The translations under genes and the position numbers were made by a program. The notes below the pieces were generated by a model that searched no databases, was not told the origin of the DNA, and worked only from the letters and a program-made list of their open reading frames with translations. A stretch of DNA of 64,000 bases from a phage: NCBI GenBank assembly GCA_018027755.1, contig GCA_018027755.1_4098.1; one strand, written 5' to 3'. Positions 19,708-28,281 of this stretch are shown here, piece after piece. Position 1 is the first letter of the stretch. Each line of letters opens with the position of its first letter.

Positions 19708-20856
19708 TTATTGTAAAAAGGACATATCTACTTCTGTATAACTAAGAATGTTTTGACCAGCAATTCCACCCATTACTACTATTGCATACCCACAATAATA
19801 TAATTTCCCAGTGTCCGTAAGTATAAGTGAACCAGAAGGTGTTCTTACCAAATTACACGAACTATTAAAAGAAGTATACGAAGGAGTATAGGAGTACTGA
19901 TTAATATTATTACCAACACCTAATTGACCACCCCTATTCGAACCAGATGCATAAAGTACTTCATCTGCTTTGACAATATGTGATGCCATGTTAGCAACAC
20001 ATGCATATACACCATATACCCCTGTACTCAATAATGTAGGAGTCTTGTATTGAATATCAGTACTAGTAGATGTTCCACCTGTGCCAAATTCATTACCATA
20101 TTGTGCTCCGTACTGCTTCCCACATGCGTACAAATTATTATCCGATTTGATAAAAAATGTACTCTGATAACTTACATCAAAATCTATAACATCCGAAGAA
20201 ATCATCGTTACCCCAGTAATCGAAGTTTGATTACCAGTACCCAACTGGTAGTAATAGTTAAAACCACAACCCCATAAAGTATTATCTTCTCGCAAATAAA
20301 TGTTACCAACAGCCTTTTTAACAGATGTTATAGTACTGACCTTCTTGAATGTATTAAATGAATCAATGTTAGTACCATCTCCAAAGGAGGATATGTTCGA
20401 TGCGTTATTAGCACCACAACAATATAATGTCCCATCCTTCAGTACTAAATTTACCTTCATATCATTAAAACTGCTCATGTACTCAATATCAGATACACTA
20501 ATACCACCTGATGTTATCCACGTAGTACAGTCCGTCCATAACGTCTTCCTATCAGTTACCCCAGTAAATGCCTTCGTGTTACCAGTGATAAACACTTTAC
20601 CAGTACCCTTTTCTTCATACAATTGACAATCACTACTGTTATCTTCCAATAAAACCCTCTGTACATTCTCTGCACAAAGAATAAATTTACTCGAAGCTAC
20701 TCCTGTACCAGTACCCCAATTCGTCGCAGAAGATGCATACAACTTGTGTGTTAGTGTATCATGCAAATACATAGAACCACTAGAATATATTTTAAAACGC
20801 CCTTCTTTCTCAGGTATAATATTCCCATAATCAAACATTCTAACAAAAGGTAACAT
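19708..20856 (-). CDS. MLPF-leader RCC1-like beta-propeller repeat protein (382 aa)
   Basis: Track ORF trimmed to MLPF ATG; leader MLPFVRMFDYGN. Confidence 0.7.
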   Translation of the reverse strand: MLPFVRMFDYGNIIPEKEGRFKIYSSGSMYLHDTLTHKLYASSATNWGTGTGVASSKFILCAENVQRVLLEDNSSDCQLYEEKGTGKVFITGNTKAFTGVTDRKTLWTDCTTWITSGGISVSDIEYMSSFNDMKVNLVLKDGTLYCCGANNASNISSFGDGTNIDSFNTFKKVSTITSVKKAVGNIYLREDNTLWGCGFNYYYQLGTGNQTSITGVTMISSDVIDFDVSYQSTFFIKSDNNLYACGKQYGAQYGNEFGTGGTSTSTDIQYKTPTLLSTGVYGVYACVANMASHIVKADEVLYASGSNRGGQLGVGNNINQYSYTPSYTSFNSSCNLVRTPSGSLILTDTGKLYYCGYAIVVMGGIAGQNILSYTEVDMSFLQ

Positions 20857-20958
20857 ATTTCCTCCTTTATTCATTATATCATATTTACCCCATAAACAAA
20901 ACCCTTGACAACCTTCCAGTACTGATGTACTATAGAAGGAATATAAGGAGAACTACAC
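20857..20958. promoter_or_regulatory. divergent promoter region
   Basis: Minus-strand cassette promoter/RBS for 19708..20856; plus-strand TTGACA-N17-TACTAT and TAAGGAG before ATG 20959. Confidence 0.5.
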
Positions 20959-21186
20959 ATGACAAATACTCTTAAGTACTACCTCAATACTCTAAATGAA
21001 CTAGAGTACGCGAAGTTTCTCGCGGATAGTTCGTGGCTAATTGAGCTAAAAACACATAACAGTACTGGATGTAACCTAATGCTGAACAATGCACTTGATA
21101 CCCTTGTAGTGAGTATTTTACACAGCAACATCTGCGGGGATAGAAACAAACAATTATCAAAAATCTTAGTACTGCTATCTATATGA
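20959..21186 (+). CDS. small protein, tandem family A
   Basis: ORF track; first of a run of 59-75-aa paralogs. Confidence 0.5.
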   Translation: MTNTLKYYLNTLNELEYAKFLADSSWLIELKTHNSTGCNLMLNNALDTLVVSILHSNICGDRNKQLSKILVLLSI

Positions 21187-21386
21187 ATATCGAACAGTAC
21201 TACATCGATGCACTACCAACAAAAGGTCTACGTGAAAGCCTACTGCATACACAAACTAATTTCAAACACCTCAAACGTAGCCCTAAACTCCTGAACTCGT
21301 ACAGGAATAATAACATAAGAAATGCTTTACAAGGGGTAGAATGTATGCAATACTATTACATCCTTACCCTATTAATCGAGTACTAA
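21183..21386 (+). CDS. small protein, tandem family A
   Basis: ORF track; ATGA overlap; C-terminal L-x-L-I-x-Y-like tail. Confidence 0.55.
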   Translation: MNIEQYYIDALPTKGLRESLLHTQTNFKHLKRSPKLLNSYRNNNIRNALQGVECMQYYYILTLLIEY

Positions 21387-21387
21387 T

Positions 21388-21597
21388 ATGAATACTGAAC
21401 ATAAAGAATTCTACACCAAATACCTTAGCAACGAAGAACAATTGTTTCTAAGGAGTGTATCACCTGTAAGTACCAATACTCAATTCGGTAGAGATTGCTT
21501 TAATAATTGTATACGTAGTACTCTAGAAGCAATCGAATGCAATAACAAAAATATTATGTACTCAGGTTTAATAGGACTAATATATTTCTATGAATAA
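21388..21597 (+). CDS. small protein, tandem family A
   Basis: ORF track; MNTEHKEFYTKYLS..; close paralog of 24340..24549. Confidence 0.6.
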   Translation: MNTEHKEFYTKYLSNEEQLFLRSVSPVSTNTQFGRDCFNNCIRSTLEAIECNNKNIMYSGLIGLIYFYE

Positions 21598-21784
21598 TCA
21601 TAAAGATTTCTATTGTAGTAAACTACCCAAACAAGAACAGCTATCATTCTCTTTAGCACCACCTATGAGAAAGGATAATCTGTATTATAATTACGATTTC
21701 AGGATGGTGACACGTTATGCAATAGAACATCAGTTCCCTGAAACTAAGTACCGCTCTATCCTGAACCTCATCTTTAAGTTCTAA
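21590..21784 (+). CDS. small protein, tandem family A
   Basis: ORF track; MNNHKDFY.. N-terminus. Confidence 0.55.
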   Translation: MNNHKDFYCSKLPKQEQLSFSLAPPMRKDNLYYNYDFRMVTRYAIEHQFPETKYRSILNLIFKF

Positions 21785-21836
21785 AAGGTACACCAGGGAC
21801 CGAGTACTTTAATATAGTAAGGCTAATTACATTATA

Positions 21837-22022
21837 ATGAATCATATAAGCTACTACTACCAACAACTATCCGACAGAGACAAGTACAGTCACAACTCCC
21901 ATGTGTGGTACTACAAACGCGGCAGTATAAGAGACAAACAACATTACTTCTGTATTTCTATTAAAGAAGCACTGACAACTAAGTACACGTACCGAGCAGT
22001 ACTTAAACTAATCTCTATTTGA
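21837..22022 (+). CDS. small protein, tandem family A
   Basis: ORF track; ..YTYRAVLKLISI tail. Confidence 0.55.
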   Translation: MNHISYYYQQLSDRDKYSHNSHVWYYKRGSIRDKQHYFCISIKEALTTKYTYRAVLKLISI

Positions 22023-22030
22023 GGTAATAT

Positions 22031-22216
22031 ATGAATACATTTGAGTACTATACCAATAAACTATCTATGCCTGAAAGATCTCATCTCTATGTGTGGAGAA
22101 ATGCGTATAAAAGCGGCAATAAACTTATACAAAGAAATTCCCTTACAGTGTGTACAAATTTAATTAAAGCAGAGTACCGCACATATATTGAAGTACTGAA
22201 GCTGATAGCAATCTAA
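22031..22216 (+). CDS. small protein, tandem family A
   Basis: ORF track; ..YIEVLKLIAI tail. Confidence 0.55.
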   Translation: MNTFEYYTNKLSMPERSHLYVWRNAYKSGNKLIQRNSLTVCTNLIKAEYRTYIEVLKLIAI

Positions 22217-22224
22217 GGTACTCT

Positions 22225-22404
22225 ATGCAAGAATTCTATATCTATAACCTCCAGCACAAAGATAGATACAACTATAATAAATTCCAAAGGTACTACACAG
22301 TCGGGAACAAAAGAGATAAAAAACGATACTTTCTATCATGTACAGTAGAAGCACAAAACGAAAAGTACACGTACAGAGAAGTACTGAAACTCATCTCTAT
22401 GTAA
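22225..22404 (+). CDS. small protein, tandem family A (59 aa)
   Basis: Below track cutoff; MQEFYIYNLQ..YTYREVLKLISM read from sequence. Confidence 0.5.
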   Translation: MQEFYIYNLQHKDRYNYNKFQRYYTVGNKRDKKRYFLSCTVEAQNEKYTYREVLKLISM

Positions 22405-22412
22405 GGAATAAT

Positions 22413-22592
22413 ATGCAAGAATACTATATAGAACACATAAGCATTAAAGACCGTTTCATGTACGACACCTTCGTGAAGTACTACAACCTGGCAACTAACA
22501 GTACTAAAAATATTAATCTCAATAGCTGCATTCATCACGCACTAACAAAAGATAATCCCTTCAGGGAAATCCTCGCACTAGCATCTGTATAA
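22413..22592 (+). CDS. small protein, tandem family A (59 aa)
   Basis: Track ORF 22338..22592 trimmed to MQEYYIEHIS.. Confidence 0.5.
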   Translation: MQEYYIEHISIKDRFMYDTFVKYYNLATNSTKNINLNSCIHHALTKDNPFREILALASV

Positions 22593-22602
22593 AGGAAACC
22601 AA

Positions 22603-23262
22603 ATGAAACTTAATGCACACAGCAAACAATACCTTAAGCACTTTAAGTACCTCAACAGTATTCAAGCAGAATCTTTTACACCAGCATATACGTATCACCC
22701 TAATGTACTAAAGAAACGAAATAAAAAGAAAAAATCCAGAAATGTTCTCGTATCTAAGAACCTCAAATCGTACTTGAAGAAAAATAATATAGCTCTTGCT
22801 TTTATTAATATCTATAATACTGATTTAAAAGTATTGAGTACTAATACCAGCACAAAAGCACTAAAGAATGCATCTATCTATATACACATGGATAATATCC
22901 CGTGCACTATAATTCTATCTTTCGGGAATGTATACTTCTTCGGGAATTGTAATAGCACCCATGATATCAGTACTGCACAATTCCAAATCGGAGATATGTA
23001 CTGCATGGGTTCAGAAAAAATACACGATAACATGCACTTCTTCCAAAAGCAACGTACTAACGAAACTGATACAGTACTGCAATTCCTCAAAGAATTACAA
23101 AACAAAGAATTATCCGAGGAAGAAGAATTCATGTACAGTACTGTAATCGATAATCCAGAACTCTATAAAAACGCGTACAAACTAACAAAACATGTACAGG
23201 AACTTATCAGTACTGATAAGAAATTTCATCACCTCATTACGTATATTTCAAACTATGTATAA
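22603..23262 (+). CDS. hypothetical protein (219 aa)
   Basis: ORF track; GGAAAC RBS; no similarity to flanking family A. Confidence 0.55.
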   Translation: MKLNAHSKQYLKHFKYLNSIQAESFTPAYTYHPNVLKKRNKKKKSRNVLVSKNLKSYLKKNNIALAFINIYNTDLKVLSTNTSTKALKNASIYIHMDNIPCTIILSFGNVYFFGNCNSTHDISTAQFQIGDMYCMGSEKIHDNMHFFQKQRTNETDTVLQFLKELQNKELSEEEEFMYSTVIDNPELYKNAYKLTKHVQELISTDKKFHHLITYISNYV

Positions 23263-23386
23263 AGAATACTAAAATTATCTATAATGAATTAATGAAAGAA
23301 TGTATTAAAGGTGCTATTAACCCTAAAGATACGTATGACTTGTACTATGCAGTACTAACCCTTGTTTTCACGAAATAACACATAAT

Positions 23387-23578
23387 ATGAATAACCACAA
23401 AGAATACTACATAGAGAAACTCCCAATGTATCTCCAACACCTTGTACCAACAGAACCATTGGGTATAGAAAAAAACTACGAAAAAGACTACTTCATTCAG
23501 TGCACTAAATCCTCGATATATATTGAAGACTATAATCGAGTACTGTATCACATCCTTTTACTAATATATAGGTACTAA
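23387..23578 (+). CDS. small protein, tandem family A
   Basis: ORF track; MNNHKEYYIEKLP...LLLIYRY. Confidence 0.6.
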   Translation: MNNHKEYYIEKLPMYLQHLVPTEPLGIEKNYEKDYFIQCTKSSIYIEDYNRVLYHILLLIYRY

Positions 23579-23579
23579 T

Positions 23580-23762
23580 ATGCACAAAGAATACTACACA
23601 CAATTTCTCCCCAGCATTTTTGAACACTACGCCAGATACAAAGTCCCTATGGATAACGATTTGGCAGTACTGGGATTCAATAACTGCATAGAACGAAGTA
23701 TAGAAAATAGTAGTAGTTATGACCAGCTATATAACACTATCCTACTTATATTCAGGTACTAA
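23580..23762 (+). CDS. small protein, tandem family A
   Basis: ORF track; MHKEYYTQFLP...ILLIFRY. Confidence 0.6.
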   Translation: MHKEYYTQFLPSIFEHYARYKVPMDNDLAVLGFNNCIERSIENSSSYDQLYNTILLIFRY

Positions 23763-23763
23763 T

Positions 23764-23952
23764 ATGCATAAAGAATACTACACAAAATATTTCCCAATGT
23801 ACCTCAGTACTAATCTATTAGATAAACCTCGCGGTATCAATGCACAAAACGATAAAGTGTACTTTACTATGTGCACTAAAGCATGTATACTAGATTTTGA
23901 CAGCTATCATCGAGTACTGTATCATACCCTGTACCTAGCTTTCGTATTCTAA
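23764..23952 (+). CDS. small protein, tandem family A
   Basis: Track ORF 23719..23952 trimmed to MHKEYYTKYFP.. Confidence 0.55.
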   Translation: MHKEYYTKYFPMYLSTNLLDKPRGINAQNDKVYFTMCTKACILDFDSYHRVLYHTLYLAFVF

Positions 23953-23961
23953 AAGAACAAT

Positions 23962-24147
23962 ATGCATAAAGAATTCTACTTAAGCCATCTCGATCTAAAC
24001 TCCCAAATGCTTATACCACTAATCCCAATAGATATCAAGGATAAGAAAAATACCGAACAATTCATTTACCATACACAGTGTGCGATCACCCCAAATTACA
24101 TTCCATATGAATTGTACTACATTATCGCCCTAATATATAGGTACTAA
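23962..24147 (+). CDS. small protein, tandem family A
   Basis: ORF track; MHKEFYLSHL...ALIYRY. Confidence 0.6.
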   Translation: MHKEFYLSHLDLNSQMLIPLIPIDIKDKKNTEQFIYHTQCAITPNYIPYELYYIIALIYRY

Positions 24148-24148
24148 T

Positions 24149-24334
24149 ATGCATAGAGAATACTACACACAATTTGTTAAAGGGAACTACAAACATGCCG
24201 TACCCAGAACCCCTTTAAATTCTCATGACCCAAGTACTATATTCTTGTTTAATGACGCAATACGTACAGTACTCAATACTAAAGATGAAGATGTGCAGTA
24301 CGTATTCTTACTATTACTTATATACAGACACTAA
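24149..24334 (+). CDS. small protein, tandem family A
   Basis: ORF track; MHREYYTQFV...LLLIYRH. Confidence 0.6.
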   Translation: MHREYYTQFVKGNYKHAVPRTPLNSHDPSTIFLFNDAIRTVLNTKDEDVQYVFLLLLIYRH

Positions 24335-24339
24335 CTAAT

Positions 24340-24549
24340 ATGAATAAAGAACATAAAGAATTCTACTCCAAATACATAAGCCCCTCAGAACAAATGTTTC
24401 TAAGAACTACTCCACCTTTAAGTACTAATACATTTTTCGGCAGAGTATGCTACAATAATTGTATTCAAATGACTTTAAACGCAAACGAAGATGGTAACAG
24501 TACTAACCTGTACTCAGGTATCATAGGTATACTATTCCTGTATGAATAA
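24340..24549 (+). CDS. small protein, tandem family A
   Basis: ORF track; paralog of 21388..21597. Confidence 0.6.
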   Translation: MNKEHKEFYSKYISPSEQMFLRTTPPLSTNTFFGRVCYNNCIQMTLNANEDGNSTNLYSGIIGILFLYE

Positions 24550-24730
24550 TTTCAAAGACTTCTATTTGAATACACTACCTACTGTACTTTCTCTAAGTGC
24601 TCAATGTAAAATCCCGCTGGATAATGCTTACGCCAGATATAGCTATTCCATAACTGTTAATCGATGTATAGAGAATCATTGCAGTACTAACCAGTACTAT
24701 AACATAATCCTACTTATATTCAGGTACTAA
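24542..24730 (+). CDS. small protein, tandem family A
   Basis: ORF track; MNNFKDFYLNTLP...ILLIFRY. Confidence 0.6.
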   Translation: MNNFKDFYLNTLPTVLSLSAQCKIPLDNAYARYSYSITVNRCIENHCSTNQYYNIILLIFRY

Positions 24731-24731
24731 T

Positions 24732-24914
24732 ATGAATAAAGAACATAAAGAATTCTATATACGAAAACTAACATTCGTCCCCGTAAGAATATATAAAGAA
24801 TGCGACCCAAGATTATACCTATGGCACTTCAATGAGTGCATAAAAGATTCTATATACCATAAGAACTATAAAGAACAATTGTGCTCAGTACTAACACTAG
24901 TACTATCATATTAA
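24732..24914 (+). CDS. small protein, tandem family A
   Basis: ORF track; MNKEHKEFYIRKL.. Confidence 0.6.
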   Translation: MNKEHKEFYIRKLTFVPVRIYKECDPRLYLWHFNECIKDSIYHKNYKEQLCSVLTLVLSY

Positions 24915-24929
24915 TTAATAGAGAATACT

Positions 24930-25121
24930 ATGTATAAAAACTTCTATATAAGTAAACTAAAAGAAAATGAACAAGTATGGATTAGATCTATAATTCCACT
25001 GGCATTTAATAGATATGCATTTAACAGATGTACCGAGATTGCTATAGACCCTTATAATATTAAAGAGAATGTACAGTATAATCAGTACTACTATATCTTA
25101 ATGCTTATATATAGAAAGTAA
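24930..25121 (+). CDS. small protein, tandem family A
   Basis: ORF track; MYKNFYISKL...LMLIYRK. Confidence 0.55.
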   Translation: MYKNFYISKLKENEQVWIRSIIPLAFNRYAFNRCTEIAIDPYNIKENVQYNQYYYILMLIYRK

Positions 25122-25532
25122 TTAAACACATAGAGACAGGGGAAGCTCCTAGTGAACAACCTTTATGTACAGGCGAATTGTTAAAATTCAGCCTGGACAA
25201 ATGCGATCACTAGGATTCTCCCCAGGCTAAACCCCGTAATCATAGGTAGTCATAAGTAATCATATATAAACATTTATATGAGCACCGTAGAATCACAGAA
25301 TGATTATATATGATTCAGTACTGATTAGTATAGACAAGATTGCTCAAGAATGCACGGAAATGTGTGTGAATGATTCAGTACTGATATCCCACTAAGTAGG
25401 CAGAGGAAGTCTGCCGTACTTTGTAGTTTCCAAGCTCCTTTTCCATTTTGCAAATTACATCAAATGTAATCAAAAGTAATCACACAATGATTAGTACTGA
25501 ATTATTACTTTCACCTTAATTACAATTACCCT

Positions 25533-25550
25533 TTTACCCTTCGGGGTAAA
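25533..25550 (+). other. stem-loop with TTCG tetraloop
   Basis: TTTACCC-TTCG-GGGTAAA perfect inverted repeat in ORF-free hub. Confidence 0.35.
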
Positions 25551-26169
25551 ATTCCATTACCCCTTGAGGCTCCAGCAAAAAGTTGGTTAGTACTCCATCC
25601 TAAATCTCGATCCTAAAAATTTTGGAGTACCTATGAAATAAAAGTTGGATCTTCGAAAGTTGAAATTTACGTTGGGACGTTTATGATTTGTGGGATATAA
25701 TGATGTTTGTAGTCGGGTAGTTCTCAAGAATATCAGTACTGAATGATGAAAGAAAGCTATTGACTTTATGATTCAGTACTGTATAATGTTTTACATAGAG
25801 AGATGAGTTGCCGCAAACAATTCATTCACTCTACTTCCTGTCGTGAGACAGTACAGAAAGATAGTTCCTCCTATGGGTGGTACATCTTTTAGAACCTCTT
25901 TTTTCGTAATATGAACAGTACTGATATTAACAGAATGGTGTCAGTACTGATTTTAATTTAATGCATTATGCCACCAGCACAAGCTGGTGGATTCCCTCTA
26001 ACAGTATTCAGTACTACATGATGGTCTTCATCCTCCTAGGGTAACATAGTGAGGGCTATGATGGCAGTACTGAATACTCCCTTTCAAAAGATAGATCTAT
26101 GGTATAGTACTGACGGATTTTGGGCGTAGTTACCCTGGATGGATTTTGGGCGTAGATATGTCTAGCCCT

Positions 26170-26320
26170 CCAGAAGTCTGGAAGTAAAGATGGCTATCCA
26201 TCTAGACGGCTAAACGGCTAGATTTCTGGATGGCTGGATGGCTGGATGGCTGGATGGCTAGACGTTTGGACGGCTAAACGGCTAGATGGTTACACGTCTG
26301 GAAGTATAGACGGCTAAATC
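26170..26320. repeat. iteron-like tandem/symmetric repeat block
   Basis: CTGGATGG x4 in tandem (26226-26258) flanked by repeated GACGGCTAAACGGCTAGA and TCTGGAAGTA-AGA-GGCTA units. Confidence 0.6.
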
Positions 26321-26499
26321 AAAATTTTATTTTGTTTTTTCCAATAGTTCCCCTACCGCGTGGGGATAGTTTCCCCGCAGTATCTGGAGTTAGATTTTTC
26401 TGAATCTGGAATCATTATCTTATAAACTGGGGGCAATGTCAACGACCTGGTCGGATATTTTTAAAAATTTTTTCAGTACTGAATTTTGGGCGTAACTAT

Positions 26500-26514
26500 G
26501 CACCCGGTGGGCTT
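26500..26514 (+). repeat. motif-2 copy (GCACCCGGTGGGyT)
   Basis: Reverse complement of motif-1 core; preceded by GAATTTTGGGCGTAA. Confidence 0.5.
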
Positions 26515-26661
26515 GAGTCTTTCTCGACTTGATGGAACTATTATACAGTACTGAAAAAATAAAGCAATACCCTGGAAGCAAAAAAATTTTAATTAATTTG
26601 CTTGCTATCCTGGGCCGGACTATGGTACTATATTTCAGTACTGAGAAAGTGCGTTTGCCTG

Positions 26662-26681
26662 CTAGGGTGCGGGAGTGTATC
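26662..26681 (+). repeat. motif-1 copy (..AGGGTGCGGGAGTGTATC)
   Basis: Conserved 20-25-nt element, one of 7 copies. Confidence 0.5.
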
Positions 26682-26715
26682 CTTTTTTTATATCTTGAAT
26701 TTTGGGCGTAATTCC

Positions 26716-26730
26716 GCACCCCCTGGGGTT
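26716..26730 (+). repeat. motif-2 copy
   Basis: GCACCCCCTGGGGTT; about 50 nt downstream of motif-1 copy. Confidence 0.45.
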
Positions 26731-26936
26731 TCCGCTTTCTCGCGTCTATGTAGTAATTATACGCTTTTTCAGGATCAAGTCAATACCTAAAAACAAAATA
26801 ATTGAAAATAATTTAACGCGTTTAAACGGCCCGTAAAGCCCTGGAATGATTGGAATGGTGCAAATGTATAGCTTAGGTGTATTAATGCGTTAGAATGCGT
26901 CTGAGGCCGTTTTACGGGGTATAGGGATGATTTAGT

Positions 26937-27031
26937 GGATTGATTCAGTACTGAATAATAGTACTCCTATATAGAAAGATAGTTCCCCTGGATTGATTCA
27001 GTACTGAATAATAGTTCCCCTATATAGAAAG
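26937..27031 (+). repeat. about 42-bp direct repeat x2 containing palindrome TCAGTACTGA
   Basis: GGATTGATTCAGTACTGAATAATAGT.CC.TATATAGAAAG at 26937 and 26990, just upstream of first early promoter. Confidence 0.6.
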
Positions 27032-27063
27032 AAAACTATTTTAAAAGTATTTGTAGAAAGTAC

Positions 27064-27091
27064 TTGCACAGTACTGAAAAAAGCGTATAAT
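27064..27091 (+). promoter_or_regulatory. early promoter (TTGCAC-N16-TATAAT)
   Basis: -35 27064-27069, -10 27086-27091; followed by GTTTTACATC and GGGAA-CAC-TTCCC hairpin. Confidence 0.6.
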
Positions 27092-27145
27092 GTTTTACAT
27101 CGAGAGCGGGAACACTTCCCTACTCACTTTTAAGAGATTAAAACG

Positions 27146-27508
27146 ATGGCGACTCAAATCACTAAAATCATTGCTAACCTGGTTAACTTCCGCGACGATA
27201 TGAAAGATCTTCCGGCGGCAACGGTTAAAACTCACATTGACGCATACCGCGAACTGATTAAAATGCTGCCGCTTAAGCGTGAACAATACGCCGCCACCGT
27301 GATGCTTGATGCGATGATCCATAAGATGATCGCCAGTGATTTGACGATGGTTTATCAGTATATGGGCGAAAATTTCGCGGTGTATAGTAAACCAGTACCA
27401 GGAATGGAAAGTACAGAAGTATTACACGGTTTAAATTTAAAACAAGATGCATGGGATAATATGCCTCGTTTCCTGGTATGGGCTGACAGTGGCAAAATTT
27501 ACGAATAA
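27146..27508 (+). CDS. hypothetical protein (120 aa)
   Basis: ORF track; promoter + 5' hairpin upstream; E. coli-like codons. Confidence 0.65.
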   Translation: MATQITKIIANLVNFRDDMKDLPAATVKTHIDAYRELIKMLPLKREQYAATVMLDAMIHKMIASDLTMVYQYMGENFAVYSKPVPGMESTEVLHGLNLKQDAWDNMPRFLVWADSGKIYE

Positions 27509-27522
27509 GTTTTAGAAAGTAC

Positions 27523-27550
27523 TTGCAAACTAAGTTTAAAAGCGTATAAT
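27523..27550 (+). promoter_or_regulatory. early promoter (TTGCAA-N16-TATAAT)
   Basis: -35 27523-27528, -10 27545-27550. Confidence 0.6.
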
Positions 27551-27564
27551 GTTTTACATCAGGT

Positions 27565-27579
27565 GGGGAATAGTTCCCC
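27565..27579 (+). promoter_or_regulatory. 5'-proximal leader hairpin
   Basis: GGGGAA-TAG-TTCCCC immediately after predicted start site, before AGAGGA RBS. Confidence 0.5.
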
Positions 27580-27600
27580 ACTATATAAGAGGATTAAAAA

Positions 27601-27840
27601 ATGGCTAAATCAAAAATGTTCTTAGGTCACAAAAACAAAACTCATTGGAATGTAAGCCTTTGGATTAATAACGATGAGTCATTGTACCGGTTGGCCCTGG
27701 ACTTTATTGCCGCCAATACTAATCGCAATGATGCGGCCCGTCATATGATGTTATTTTTAGAACAGACTGGACAAGATAAAACACCGGACGGATTCAAATA
27801 TAGCACTACTGCGATCCGTGCGGCGATGGTTGGAATGTAA
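27601..27840 (+). CDS. hypothetical protein (79 aa), paralog of 29645..29884
   Basis: ORF track; shares GHKNKTHWNVSLWINNDESLYR and TPDGFKYSTTAIRAAMVGM with 29645..29884. Confidence 0.7.
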   Translation: MAKSKMFLGHKNKTHWNVSLWINNDESLYRLALDFIAANTNRNDAARHMMLFLEQTGQDKTPDGFKYSTTAIRAAMVGM

Positions 27841-27926
27841 TAGAATTTATTTAAAGTACTATCATTTTTTTGCGATAGTACTTTATAATAGTGTTTTATT
27901 CATACACCAACGATAAGGGCAACAGC

Positions 27927-28193
27927 ATGAATATTAAGTATTTTGCGACGCGTGAACAAGCTCGGATCGCCGCTCGCCAGGACGGGGCAACGTTTAAAGA
28001 TATGGGCGTACAATCGGAACGTGGTAAACGTTGGGCCATTGTAAAGCGTAGTACCGCCAGATCATTACAGTACTGGTTAGCGGCCTTAAAAAGTCCCGAT
28101 AGTGTATCGCGTCGAGTGGTAGAAATAAAGCTCGACCGAAAGGGCAACCGCGTGACCGTGTACCGTACTAAAAAGATTGCAGTACTTGAATAA
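27927..28193 (+). CDS. hypothetical protein (88 aa), paralog of 40612..41016
   Basis: Track ORF trimmed to ATG 27927; KYFATREQARIAAR and DRKGNRVTVY shared with 40612..41016. Confidence 0.6.
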   Translation: MNIKYFATREQARIAARQDGATFKDMGVQSERGKRWAIVKRSTARSLQYWLAALKSPDSVSRRVVEIKLDRKGNRVTVYRTKKIAVLE

Positions 28194-28200
28194 AAAGTAC

Positions 28201-28228
28201 TTGCAAACTATGTTTAATGGCGTATAAT
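28201..28228 (+). promoter_or_regulatory. early promoter (TTGCAA-N16-TATAAT)
   Basis: -35 28201-28206, -10 28223-28228. Confidence 0.6.
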
Positions 28229-28242
28229 GTTTTACATCGAGA

Positions 28243-28259
28243 GCGGGAACACTTCCCGC
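28243..28259 (+). promoter_or_regulatory. 5'-proximal leader hairpin
   Basis: GCGGGAA-CAC-TTCCCGC. Confidence 0.5.
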
Positions 28260-28281
28260 CTATAACCTGGAGTAATAAAAA

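Noticed and set aside
6373-20626. Plus-strand track ORFs embedded in the RCC1-like array (6373..6750, 7640..7840, 7816..8124, 8390..8620, 8939..9127, 10606..10809, 13466..13840, 15703..15885, 16533..16796, 17659..17847, 18829..19062, 20050..20277, 20300..20626)
   Set aside because: All are antisense to longer conserved paralogs; several merely translate the conserved cassette on the wrong strand (recurrent FPYLTILAKGNIIPSFIHY), and none has expression signals.
6465-20958. Regularly spaced about 70-bp conserved repeats that could be mistaken for a CRISPR array
   Set aside because: The intervening units are 0.7-1.35-kb protein-coding paralogs, not 25-45-bp spacers; the repeats contain a terminator hairpin, TATAAT box, RBS and start codon.
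25122-27145. tRNA genes or protein-coding ORFs in the ORF-free hub (track ORFs 26420..26719, 26529..26711, 26602..26790)
   Set aside because: No cloverleaf-compatible sequence with a T-arm GTTCRANYC box was seen; the track ORFs overlap repeat motifs on both strands, lack RBS and have low-complexity translations.
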